From Spirochaetaceae bacterium (GTDB taxonomy: Bacteria; Spirochaetota; Spirochaetia; Treponematales; Breznakiellaceae), in assembly GCA_031283025.1 (NCBI GenBank), contig JAITCP010000157.1, forward strand, positions 3,175 to 67,174: a stretch of 64,000 nucleotides of DNA, read 5' to 3'. A model generated the notes under the pieces. The model made no database searches and had not been told where the DNA came from. It saw only the letters and a list, made by a program, of their open reading frames with translations. This document shows, piece after piece, positions 42,438 to 51,262 of the stretch (its first letter is position 1; each line of letters starts with the position of its first letter). The position numbers and the translations under genes are program-made.

Positions 42438-44162
42438 TTAGATTCGCTTTCGGATAAAGTCACGGTACTTTTCAGGATCGCTCTTAAACGCCATAATGGG
42501 CGATTGATCTTCTTCCCGGGCTTTTTCCAGCGCCCGTGCGGCTTCCAGTAAAAGCCGCTCCGCGTCAATTAAACGCCCTGACCGGGAACTCATGCCAATC
42601 AGGAAATCGTTATTGTTGTGGAAAGAATCATAACAGGTTTTATAGATCCGGTTACGGAATTTTTCCGCCATGGCAATTCCCTGGTTTATATCTCCGTTGG
42701 GAATAATCACGGTAAACCCGCGGTCTTTGTATTCAAAAGTTAAGTCCTTTAAATTAAACAAATCCACCGCTTCATCCGCAATTTTTCTGTAAAGTTTACT
42801 GTCGCAGTTAACGTCATCTCCGCATACCATAAGCAGCAGCACCAGGTCTTGTTCCGATGCGGCGGAGCGGTGAAGTTCGGATGCAAGCCTGTCATGAGTA
42901 TAGGCTTCCCATCCTATATTGCTCCGCGGCGAATAAAGACCGTTTGGGCTTTTCGTTGACGGCTGGGCGGGAATATCTACAGTTTCGGAAAGAACATACA
43001 CGCCTGAATCAAACGAATTTTCATCTTCAGCGCCTGAATCTGAAATTTCAATATCCTCAAAATTTTCGCTGTCATTAAAATCATCTTTGAAATTAAAATC
43101 ATCGGTATTATTAAAATTGTCTTCTTCACTAAGTTCGGCGCTCTGAATTACGGCAAGTTCGGGAAGCGCCAAATCGTTTTCATCAAGAAAATCATCCAGA
43201 TGAAAGTCGTCTGCGGCCATTTCTGTATCTTTCTCTGTGGGCAAGGCGCTATAATCCTCAAAATCCGGAATTTCAAAATCATCGTCCAACGCGCCGGTTT
43301 CCGCTAATCCGCCGGTTCCCGACAAATCGCCAATTTCTTCCGCATCGTTCATTTCCGGCATATCATCAAGTACCGGTGTATTATCAAATGACGGTGTATC
43401 ATCAGATGCCGGCACATCATCAAGTGCCGGTGTGTCGTCAAATGCCGGCGCATCGTCAAATGCCGGCACATCATCAAGTGCCGATGTGTCGTCAAATGCC
43501 GGCATATCATCAAGTGCCGATGTGTCTTCAAATGCCGGTGTGTCTTCAAATGCCGGTGTGTCGTCAAATGCCGGCACATCATCAAATGCCGGCACATCAT
43601 CAACAACCCGCATATCATCAGGGATTTTATTTTTCGAGGTTTCTGAAGAATTCAGTATGGTAACAATCATCGTAAAGAAAGAAAGAATCAACGCGGCAAG
43701 AATAGCCAGCATGGTTTGTTTGAGCACGCCGGTCAGGTAGTGAAAGTTCAGAATATTACCGATTGAATGAATAACCACATTCCGGAATCCGGGAATGGTT
43801 ACATCCTTTGCCGGAAGTCTGATGCAGCCAAAGCGGGATGTAAATTGAAGGCCGTTATTCCATTTAATCGCGTTTCCCTTTTCTTTTTCAAATCCCAGAT
43901 TTATCCCGGGGTCTCCGGTAATGATGATCCCCTCAATAACGTTACATTCCCGCAGGTTTTTATTGATTTCTTCCCTGAAAGGTTCCGAAAAGAACGACTC
44001 CCCGCTGCCGGCGATAAGGCTGTGCATTTTAGTCAATTCATGTCCGGCTATTTGCTGCTGTTCTTGTATGTTGATAAAAACCCGGTAAGCCGCAAAAAGC
44101 ACGGCAGCTACATAAACGAGTATACAAAGTAACGCTAAAACAGCCGGAAACTTGCTCTTCAC
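42438..44162 (-). CDS. Two-TM membrane protein with 15 acidic hexapeptide repeats and a degenerate GGDEF-like C-terminal domain
   Basis: ORF track 574 aa, GTG start with GAGGG upstream. TM1 aa 5-27, TM2 aa ~150-170. DD(V/T/M)PAF-type repeats at aa ~182-272. C-terminal DLVLLLMVCGDD...LTFEYKDRGFTVIIPNGDINQGIAMAEKFRNRI resembles a GGDEF fold with the GG(D/E)EF motif replaced by KDRGF. Confidence 0.7.
   Translation of the reverse strand: MKSKFPAVLALLCILVYVAAVLFAAYRVFINIQEQQQIAGHELTKMHSLIAGSGESFFSEPFREEINKNLRECNVIEGIIITGDPGINLGFEKEKGNAIKWNNGLQFTSRFGCIRLPAKDVTIPGFRNVVIHSIGNILNFHYLTGVLKQTMLAILAALILSFFTMIVTILNSSETSKNKIPDDMRVVDDVPAFDDVPAFDDTPAFEDTPAFEDTSALDDMPAFDDTSALDDVPAFDDAPAFDDTPALDDVPASDDTPSFDNTPVLDDMPEMNDAEEIGDLSGTGGLAETGALDDDFEIPDFEDYSALPTEKDTEMAADDFHLDDFLDENDLALPELAVIQSAELSEEDNFNNTDDFNFKDDFNDSENFEDIEISDSGAEDENSFDSGVYVLSETVDIPAQPSTKSPNGLYSPRSNIGWEAYTHDRLASELHRSAASEQDLVLLLMVCGDDVNCDSKLYRKIADEAVDLFNLKDLTFEYKDRGFTVIIPNGDINQGIAMAEKFRNRIYKTCYDSFHNNNDFLIGMSSRSGRLIDAERLLLEAARALEKAREEDQSPIMAFKSDPEKYRDFIRKRI
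43347..43619. repeat. 18-nt tandem repeat x ~15 (coding, acidic hexapeptides)
   Basis: Units of the type catcatcaagtgccggtgt / gtcgtcaaatgccggcgc. Encodes DDVPAF DDVPAF DDTPAF EDTPAF EDTSAL DDMPAF ... on the minus strand. Confidence 0.9.
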
Positions 44163-44221
44163 TATTGTGCCCTCACAAGTTTATTATATACGTCTTTTCA
44201 TTTTTTTGCTAGGTTTATTAC

Positions 44222-45127
44222 ATGAATTTAAGAAAACCATGCCTTCCGCCGCTTTGGTATCCCGGCGATCCTGACGGAATAGGCAATTTTTTGAGTGATT
44301 ATTGCGATGGAGGAGGGAAGGCACGTACCCTTTCCGCCGGGACGGTAATTGCGGCCGTTGCTCCTCATGCGGGGTGGTACTATTCCGGGGCCATTGCCGC
44401 CCAGGCGGTGGCAGCTCTTTCCGGGCAGGTTGCGGCGGCAGGGCAGGGGAGTGAGCCGGATACGGTAGCCGTTATCGGAGGACACCTGCCCCAGGGGATG
44501 CCGGCCCTTTTTGCCATGGAAGATGCGGCGGATACTCCTTTGGGCCCCATGGAGATAGACGGCGAGATCAGGGACACCCTTTGCACCCGCCTGCAGGAAA
44601 CCGGCATCCTCCGGCCAGCCCCTGACCGTTACCAGGATAACACTGTGGAGGTTCTGCTCCCCATGGTCAGATACTTTTTCCCGCAGGCAAAACTCCTGTG
44701 GATGCGGCTCCCCGCAGACATCTGTTCCTTTGAGGTGGGAAAGCTCCTGGCCCGGACCGCCGCTTCTTTGGGGCGGAAATTCCTGGTTTTAGGTTCCACC
44801 GATTTAACCCACTACGGGCATCATTACGAGTTTATTCCTCATGGTTCCGGTAAAGCGGCCCTGGACTGGGTAAAAAACGTTAACGACCGCCGCTTTATTG
44901 ACGCGGCGGAAGCGGGAGACGCCGCCGCAGTGCTGGCCCGTGCCGGGGAAGAACGCTCCGCCTGTTCCGCCGGAGCCGTCCTGGGAGTAATGGGCTATGC
45001 AGCGGAACTCCGGGGCACGCAGTCCGGCAGCAGCGGGAAACTCCTTGCCTACGGAACCAGCGCGGATGCCGGTGATGGGGGCGTGCCCGATTCTTTTGTC
45101 GGTTACGGAGCCTTTGTGTGGATGTAA
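44222..45127 (+). CDS. Memo-like protein (AmmeMemoRadiSam system protein B family)
   Basis: ORF track 301 aa: VIAAVAPHAGWYYSGAIAAQA, VIGGHLP, LGSTDLTHYGHHY, SACSAGAVLGVMGYA. Confidence 0.8.
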   Translation: MNLRKPCLPPLWYPGDPDGIGNFLSDYCDGGGKARTLSAGTVIAAVAPHAGWYYSGAIAAQAVAALSGQVAAAGQGSEPDTVAVIGGHLPQGMPALFAMEDAADTPLGPMEIDGEIRDTLCTRLQETGILRPAPDRYQDNTVEVLLPMVRYFFPQAKLLWMRLPADICSFEVGKLLARTAASLGRKFLVLGSTDLTHYGHHYEFIPHGSGKAALDWVKNVNDRRFIDAAEAGDAAAVLARAGEERSACSAGAVLGVMGYAAELRGTQSGSSGKLLAYGTSADAGDGGVPDSFVGYGAFVWM

Positions 45128-45183
45128 ACGCACATGGGGATTTCCCTCCACGTGAAGAAAGCGGGGAAATATTCGGATAAGAC

Positions 45184-45266
45184 TTCACGCAGAGCACGCC
45201 AGGGCGCAGGGTACGCAAAGCTAATCCTTTAGTATTTCCTTTGCGATCTCAGCGTCTTTGCGTGAA
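45184..45266. repeat. TTCACGCAGAG-type structured element (second copy)
   Basis: ttcacgcagag (45184-94) pairs with ctttgcgtgaa (45256-66). Inner hairpin cgcaaag..ctttgcg. Shares gaagacttcac(g/a)cag and agcgtct(t/c)tgcgtgaaaa with the 18846-18960 element. Confidence 0.5.
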
Positions 45267-45304
45267 AAAAATACAGTAGTTCCCTGCGTAAGAAGACGGG
45301 AGTT

Positions 45305-45347
45305 ATTAGAGTTGTTCAAAAACTTCAGTTTTTGAACAACTTCCTAT
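45305..45347. repeat. AAAAC-loop-GTTTT hairpin element, subtype 1 (reverse orientation)
   Basis: attagagttgttcaaaaac ttca gtttttgaacaacttcctat. Abuts the pgi stop codon. Confidence 0.85.
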
Positions 45348-46933
45348 TAAAACTGCACCCCCAATAATTCGCTGTACGCGTCCAGAGCGCCGTCGCCGGA
45401 AGTGCCTGCCAGGACTTTTTTGGTAAGCATCTTTCCCAACTGCACGCCTTCCTGATCAAAGCTGTTAAGGTTCCACACAAAGCCCTGGAACATCACCTTG
45501 TTTTCATAGTGGGCCAAAAGGCTCCCCAGGGCTGCGGGAGTGAGCTGTTTTCCGTGGATAAGGCTTGAGGGGCGGCCCCCGGGGAACAACTTGTTTTTGT
45601 CGCTGTCGTCCTTTCCTTTGGCAAAGGCGACGATCTGGGCGGCAAGGTTGGCTTTAAGTTTGGTCTGGCTTACCGAACCGTCTACTTCAACGTCGTCGTC
45701 CCGCTGGCTGTTGGTAAAACCGGCAAACTGCAAGGGGATAATGTCCGTCCCCTGGTGAAGAAGCTGGTAGAACGAATGCTGCCCGTTGGTGCCCGGTTCG
45801 CCGAAAACCGCCGGCCCTGTGGCATAGGCCAGTTCAGCGCCGGAACGGTTGACCCGCTTGCCGTTGGATTCCATGTCCAACTGCTGTAGATGGGCGGGGA
45901 AGCGGGAAAGAGCCTGGCTGTAGGGAAGCACCGCCGTAGCCGGGTACCCTAAAAAGTTCCGCTCCCAAACGCCAAGCAGCGCGTCCAGCAGCGCCGCATT
46001 TTTCCGTATGTCCTTTTCCAGGGCGCATATATCCGCCTCATGAGCGCCGGAAAGGAATTCGGCAAATACGGCGGGGCCAAAGGCCAGGGAAAGGATCACC
46101 CCCCCTACTGCGGAGGTGGAGGAATAGCGGCCTCCGATAAAATCGTCTATATAAAAAGAATCCAAATAGGCCGGATTGCGGGCAAGGGGGCTGGTTTCAC
46201 TGGTTACCGCCGCCATGTGTTTACCCGGATCAAGGCCCGCCTTTGCCAGTTTGTCTTTTACAAAAAGTTCGTTGGCCAGGGTTTCCTGGGTTGTGCCGCT
46301 TTTGGACACAAGAACAAAAACCGTTTCCGCCAAATCAAGCGAACCAACAACGGCGGAAGCGTCATCGGGATCAACGTTGGATATAAAGTAAGCGTTGAGC
46401 TTTTTGTGCCCGTTTTTGGCCGCCCAATTATCCAGGGCAATGTACATGGCCCGCGGGCCCAGATCCGACCCGCCTATGCCGATCTGCACGGCGTTTTTGA
46501 AAGGTTTGCCGGAAGCGCCGCGGACTTGTCCCGCACGCACCGCCTCAGCAAAAGCGGAAAACCGGCCCAATTCGTTCGTGTAAAATTCCCCCAAATTCCG
46601 CCCTTCGTGGATCACCGGCTTGCCCGATTGCCCCCGCAGCAGATGGTGGAGAACACGGCGCTTCTCTCCGGTGTTCATCACTTCCCCATCCAAAAGGGCC
46701 TGGTACTTAAGTATTAGTTCCTGTTCGTCCGCCAGGGATTGGAGGGCCGCCAGCGCCGGTTCGTCCGCCGCCTTGGCCGCCCAGTTGTAGGAAAGGCCGG
46801 CAGCCATGGGAACGGTACAGGCCTTTACCCGATCCGCGGTAAGCGCCGCGGCAAAATCAAAATGCTTCCCCGCCGGAGCAAGGGATTGCAGCGTTTTCCA
46901 CGCGGCGGTTTTATCAAAATCGGTATAGTTCAT
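45347..46933 (-). CDS. pgi: Glucose-6-phosphate isomerase
   Basis: ORF track 528 aa: VQIGIGGSDLGPRAMY, VLVSKSGTTQET, GGRYSSTSAVG, DMESNGK, GEPGTNGQHSFYQLLHQGT. Confidence 0.95.
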   Translation of the reverse strand: MNYTDFDKTAAWKTLQSLAPAGKHFDFAAALTADRVKACTVPMAAGLSYNWAAKAADEPALAALQSLADEQELILKYQALLDGEVMNTGEKRRVLHHLLRGQSGKPVIHEGRNLGEFYTNELGRFSAFAEAVRAGQVRGASGKPFKNAVQIGIGGSDLGPRAMYIALDNWAAKNGHKKLNAYFISNVDPDDASAVVGSLDLAETVFVLVSKSGTTQETLANELFVKDKLAKAGLDPGKHMAAVTSETSPLARNPAYLDSFYIDDFIGGRYSSTSAVGGVILSLAFGPAVFAEFLSGAHEADICALEKDIRKNAALLDALLGVWERNFLGYPATAVLPYSQALSRFPAHLQQLDMESNGKRVNRSGAELAYATGPAVFGEPGTNGQHSFYQLLHQGTDIIPLQFAGFTNSQRDDDVEVDGSVSQTKLKANLAAQIVAFAKGKDDSDKNKLFPGGRPSSLIHGKQLTPAALGSLLAHYENKVMFQGFVWNLNSFDQEGVQLGKMLTKKVLAGTSGDGALDAYSELLGVQF

Positions 46934-46983
46934 GGATAAAAGTATACCGTAAAAGAGAAAAAGCCGCTATAAGGCATTTTGTC

Positions 46984-47616
46984 CTAGAAAGCTACGCCAA
47001 GCCTAAAACCAAAACGGAGTAATTTTACTCCCAGACACCAGCCAACAAAGTTACTCGAAATTATGTCCATTTTGTCAAAGGGAATATCAGAGTATAGAGG
47101 CCATGCAAAGTCCAGGGTTGGTTCCATGACAAACGCAACCCGGCCGCTTCCATACACCATTTTATTTCCGGCGCCGATATATAAGCCAAATGTATTTAGA
47201 CTATCGCTGCCGCTAAAATCAGCGCCGGAATAATTCATTGAAGCAGAGACTCCGAATTGGTGAAAAAACAGGCCGCCGTTCAGGAAGAATCCTTTTACAT
47301 ATTCTTGTGAAGGATACCAGCGTCCTTCAAGACTGAAACGGAGGAAATGAATATCATAATTGCTGCTATCGCTGCTCGTATCAAACCATTTTGTGGGGTC
47401 AAACTTAAAAAAGTAAAAACTGGTTTTTACTGAAGCCATACTAACCGGGGCATACTCTAACCCTGCATCAATGCCGACGCCTCTGAGTAATAGCCCGCCT
47501 ATAAAGGGAAAAGGATTAAAGGTAACCGCCATTTTTTGTTCTCCATCCCATTCTGCTTGGGCAAAAACCGGGGCGGCTATAATGAAAACCGCCAAAAATA
47601 CAAGAATCTTTTTCAT
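46984..47616 (-). CDS. Small outer-membrane beta-barrel protein
   Basis: ORF-track ORF 46984..47652. ATG 47616 follows AGGAG (MKKILVFLAVFIIAAPVFAQAEW...). Alternating aromatic/Gly strands, C-terminal ...RLGVAF. Confidence 0.7.
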   Translation of the reverse strand: MKKILVFLAVFIIAAPVFAQAEWDGEQKMAVTFNPFPFIGGLLLRGVGIDAGLEYAPVSMASVKTSFYFFKFDPTKWFDTSSDSSNYDIHFLRFSLEGRWYPSQEYVKGFFLNGGLFFHQFGVSASMNYSGADFSGSDSLNTFGLYIGAGNKMVYGSGRVAFVMEPTLDFAWPLYSDIPFDKMDIISSNFVGWCLGVKLLRFGFRLGVAF

Positions 47617-47645
47617 ACAGTAACTCCTATAGACTATAAATTTAG

Positions 47646-47680
47646 GGAACATCTAAAAACCGGTTGTTTTTAGATGTTCC
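47646..47680. repeat. AAAAC-type hairpin element, subtype 3 (CGGTT loop)
   Basis: ggaacatctaaaaac cggtt gtttttagatgttcc, perfect 15-bp stem. Confidence 0.85.
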
Positions 47681-47730
47681 TTTGCAGCTTCTCGCCCTTT
47701 GGGCTGCGAAACGTGCGTTTTTCAGCGGTA

Positions 47731-47760
47731 AATCTCTAAAAACTGAAGTTTTTAGAGATT
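47731..47760. repeat. AAAAC-loop-GTTTT hairpin element, subtype 2
   Basis: aatctctaaaaac tgaa gtttttagagatt, perfect 13-bp stem. Lies downstream of the 910-aa gene. Confidence 0.85.
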
Positions 47761-47796
47761 CCCTTTACATATTTTTATGGAAAAAATCAATCCTGT

Positions 47797-50529
47797 CTAT
47801 ATAAGGTTGTGCTCTTTGGCGGCGGAGGATAGTACGTTGTTCCAGCGGTTCAGGGAAAGAAATGCCCGCTTGGTTTCGTTGTCATCAATCCGGCTGGCCC
47901 GTTTTTGGAGCCGCTTAAAGGCGATGCTTATGGCGGTATTCATATCAACTTCAGGGGCCCCGGTATCTTTTAAGAAACGGTAATACGCAAAAAAATAAAA
48001 AGCGTCGTTGGGGTCCATCTCTGAAAGTTCATCCCGCATTATTTGTTCCAGTTCCCGAATAGCCCCTTCCCGGTCATAATTTACCTTGCCGGAAATATGG
48101 CGGCACATTGCCAGGGTCCGGAAAGTGTGGATCATCCTGTATTGAAAATTCTCCGGAGAAAAGAGCAGCAGTTCGCATTGGGAAAAACCGCTGGACCAGT
48201 CGGGCTGTTCAATCAGAATAAACTTTTGTTCCTGTCTGGATTTTCCAAAGTATGCGCCCGAAAGTTCCATTACTTTTCTATATTCACAGGAAAGGAAAGC
48301 CGCTTCTATTTCAAAGAGCTCCGCGTCCGGGCCGCTGGATTTCTTGGACACGGCCTTGCCCATATAACTTCCGGCGCGGTATATCCATGCGGCAAGGGTT
48401 TGCTTGAACTCTTTTGTTTCCGGCCCTAAGGGATTTTTTTCCAGTTTTGTAAAAATATCCAGCGCTTTTTCATAGCCGCCGGTTTCAAAACACAGCCGCC
48501 CTTCCAGAAAACGGCTTTTGTCAACCCAGCCTGGAGACACTGCCGCCAGGGACGCTTCCTGCGCCTGAACGGCAAGCTGCTTTGCTTTGGAAATATTGCC
48601 AAAAACAAAATGTACCACCGCCGCATAATAGGCGGCTATTCCCAATTCGCCGTATTCGCCGGATTTTTCCGCATCTTCCATGGAAAAACCAAAATAATCA
48701 ATGGCCTCCGGCAGACGGCGGCCCGTATATTCAACAAGGGAAAAAAGACGGTAAATCCGGGCCAGACCGCAGCCCTGGTTTTCATTCTGAGCCATAAGCA
48801 TTGCCTTTTTTACCGATTCCAGCGCGGGGCCGCGTTTGGCAATGCCCAAATAGTAAGCGGCTGCATTGGTAAAGATTCTGACCTTAAATGCGGCGGGAAT
48901 TGAAGCGGGGGAGGATGGTACGTTTAATTTGCCCGAAAGAGACTGTTCCAATTCCGCCGCAGGGATATTTATATTGAGGCTGTTATTGTCGTTTTTATTG
49001 AGGTTCTTGTCCCCATTGTGAAGGATAGTCTGAATTTTCAGGATGCCAAGGAGTATTTCTTCCCACTCTTTACCGACTACAGCGGCAAAGTTGCCATTTT
49101 CAATGGCGTTTTCAATTTCGCTGTGGTTTTCATTTGCCATTTCGGAAGACAGCGCGTCCAGAATAAGATTTCCGTTTTCTGTTCCGCCCAGTCTTGAAAG
49201 AGCTTCCAGCAGTCCAAAACACGGCCTAAGCATCCCTTCAGCCACCCATGCAAGGAGCCGGTTTTTAACGACAGTCCGAATAGCCGCCGCGGTGTTTCCC
49301 AGGATTTTCTCCGCCTGCGGAATAAAGTGCGGATCCTTCAATTCAGTCGGGGTAAAAAGGGCAAGCGATTTTTCTATTACGGCGGGATTTTTTCCGTCTT
49401 CTTCCAGCAGTTGGGGAAGAAGGAACGCGGGAAAGTACCGGCAATAGAGTGCGCAGCAGTATGCTATTTCCCACACGGGCAGGGGGAGCGCCGGCGGGGC
49501 TGTATTTTCTATACTTTCCGTCGCAAATTTAACAATCCGGGGAAAAAGCTCATCCCATTTTTTTATTCCCTCCGTATTTTTAGCTGTACCGTAGACTGCT
49601 ATCCGTGCCCGCTGGGGAAGGGAGCAGTACATATTTTTAATGATTTGAGAGGAGAGGGAATGGGCAAATTGGGTGTTCTCCAGAATCATATAAGGTTTGC
49701 AGCCCCTTTGCTCCGCCGCAAGCCGGTATGTTTCCAGAAGCAGGGAAAAAAAGATCGTTCCCTGCTTGATGGTAAATTCCGGCAGTTCCGTCCGCAGCCG
49801 TTCACTAAAAAGAATATCCCTTAACCGGATAAGTTCTGCATACTTTTCATTCTTTGCCAGATTGTCCTGTATTTCCGGCGTTAGCGCGTCTGTCAAACAC
49901 CTGACAGCATTTTCCTGGAGGTTAAACCGGATTATCAGCGGGGGAAAGCCCTGCGCTATTTCCCGGCAGTACTGCACAATTCCTTCCTGATCGTCCTGGT
50001 ATCCGGGCCCTATAATAAGCGTATTGCCCTTGCTGCTCTGCCTTAAATACCGGTATATTTTTTCAGACCCTGTTGTTTCCCGTTCCGTTGTCCCGGTTCC
50101 CCGTATTGTCCGGATTTGGGCATAATCGTCAATAAGGGAATTTTCAAAATCAATAAAGGATTCAAGCATTTTCCGCAATTTTGAATCGCACCAGATGCCT
50201 GTTCCCTGGCGGTGGGAGGGAAGGAAGCGGATCAAGTCCGTGAATTGTTCCTCCGGTATTTCCCCGCCTAAAATGCAAGTCTGGCCGTACAATTCAGAAG
50301 AAACCTTGTCCAGCGTATTTTTGATTGATTCCACCAGAGAAAGTATATCCATGGCAAAACCTGTTGTTTTGCCGGAGAAAACCGCGGTGATAAGTTTATG
50401 TTCTATCCGAACCGTTCCCCCAAAGGATTTTACTGTATCGGCAATGGTTTTTTCCAATCCCTGGATTAACTCATTTCTAGTCCTTCTGAGCTGGGACTGG
50501 AACCGCAGGGAAAAAATCAGTTGAATCAT
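47797..50529 (-). CDS. Large cytoplasmic protein (910 aa) with TPR-like C-terminal half; start overlaps motB stop
   Basis: ORF track 910 aa. Its ATG (50527-50529) shares one nt with the motB TAA (50529-50531). No TM or Walker A seen. C-terminal helical repeats, e.g. AAYYAAVVHFVFGNISKAKQLAVQAQE. Confidence 0.7.
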   Translation of the reverse strand: MIQLIFSLRFQSQLRRTRNELIQGLEKTIADTVKSFGGTVRIEHKLITAVFSGKTTGFAMDILSLVESIKNTLDKVSSELYGQTCILGGEIPEEQFTDLIRFLPSHRQGTGIWCDSKLRKMLESFIDFENSLIDDYAQIRTIRGTGTTERETTGSEKIYRYLRQSSKGNTLIIGPGYQDDQEGIVQYCREIAQGFPPLIIRFNLQENAVRCLTDALTPEIQDNLAKNEKYAELIRLRDILFSERLRTELPEFTIKQGTIFFSLLLETYRLAAEQRGCKPYMILENTQFAHSLSSQIIKNMYCSLPQRARIAVYGTAKNTEGIKKWDELFPRIVKFATESIENTAPPALPLPVWEIAYCCALYCRYFPAFLLPQLLEEDGKNPAVIEKSLALFTPTELKDPHFIPQAEKILGNTAAAIRTVVKNRLLAWVAEGMLRPCFGLLEALSRLGGTENGNLILDALSSEMANENHSEIENAIENGNFAAVVGKEWEEILLGILKIQTILHNGDKNLNKNDNNSLNINIPAAELEQSLSGKLNVPSSPASIPAAFKVRIFTNAAAYYLGIAKRGPALESVKKAMLMAQNENQGCGLARIYRLFSLVEYTGRRLPEAIDYFGFSMEDAEKSGEYGELGIAAYYAAVVHFVFGNISKAKQLAVQAQEASLAAVSPGWVDKSRFLEGRLCFETGGYEKALDIFTKLEKNPLGPETKEFKQTLAAWIYRAGSYMGKAVSKKSSGPDAELFEIEAAFLSCEYRKVMELSGAYFGKSRQEQKFILIEQPDWSSGFSQCELLLFSPENFQYRMIHTFRTLAMCRHISGKVNYDREGAIRELEQIMRDELSEMDPNDAFYFFAYYRFLKDTGAPEVDMNTAISIAFKRLQKRASRIDDNETKRAFLSLNRWNNVLSSAAKEHNLI

Positions 50530-51254
50530 TATAAATGGGCATTGTCCAGGATCACAATGTCTACCCGGCGGTTATTGGCCCGGCCCTCGGCGGTATCGTC
50601 CCGGCTGATAGGCATGGTGGCGGCAAAACCTGCGACCTGGAAGCGGGTTTCGTCCACCCCAATGTCGGCAAGATAGTGAAGCACCGCAAGGGATCGGGCA
50701 ACGGAAAGTTCCCAGTTGGAAGGCCATTGGGCGGGGTCTGTGTCGGTCTGGTCTGTGTGGCCTTCTATACGGAACCTGCGTCCTGCCAGGTCCTGTGAAT
50801 TGAGGAGGGATCCAAGCCGGAGCAGAATGTTCCGGCTGTCTTCATAATTAATGTCAGCGCTGGCGGCGTCAAAAAATAAATCCGACGCCAGGCTGATCAC
50901 TATTCCGCGTTCATCGTGGGTAATCTTGATTTTGCTGGATTTTATTTCCGGCGTAAAAAGACTCATGGCCCGCTTGGCCGCAGTCCCCAGATTGCGGCCC
51001 CGATCCATGGAGGGCAGTGACATGATCGTGTTTCCCATGTCGGCGCTTTTGCCGGGGGAAATAGTGTTCCCTCCGGTAGACGCGCCCATGCCTATGGCGT
51101 TAAAGGCGGAAATCATCTGCTGAAGCTGTATGGGATCGGAATCGTCCGGGTTAAAGAGGGCGACAAAGAAGCAGAGCATGAGGGTAACCATGTCCGAATA
51201 GGTTACAAGCCATTCGCTTGACGCTCCCTTAATTTCCTTCTTTTTTTTTGCCAT
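50529..51254 (-). CDS. motB: Flagellar stator protein MotB (OmpA-like C-domain)
   Basis: ORF track 241 aa: WLVTYSDMVTLMLCFFVALF (plug/TM with conserved Asp). OmpA-like: FRIEGHTDQTD...NWELSVARSLAVLHYL..GFAATMPI...NRRVDIVIL. Confidence 0.9.
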   Translation of the reverse strand: MAKKKKEIKGASSEWLVTYSDMVTLMLCFFVALFNPDDSDPIQLQQMISAFNAIGMGASTGGNTISPGKSADMGNTIMSLPSMDRGRNLGTAAKRAMSLFTPEIKSSKIKITHDERGIVISLASDLFFDAASADINYEDSRNILLRLGSLLNSQDLAGRRFRIEGHTDQTDTDPAQWPSNWELSVARSLAVLHYLADIGVDETRFQVAGFAATMPISRDDTAEGRANNRRVDIVILDNAHL

Positions 51255-51262
51255 CTTTGCTT

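Noticed and set aside
43349-43740. Three ORFs (89-102 aa) reading the 18-nt repeats in other frames or on the other strand
   Set aside because: These are artefacts of tandem repeats staying open in several frames. Only the 574-aa minus frame continues into TM segments and a folded C-terminal domain.
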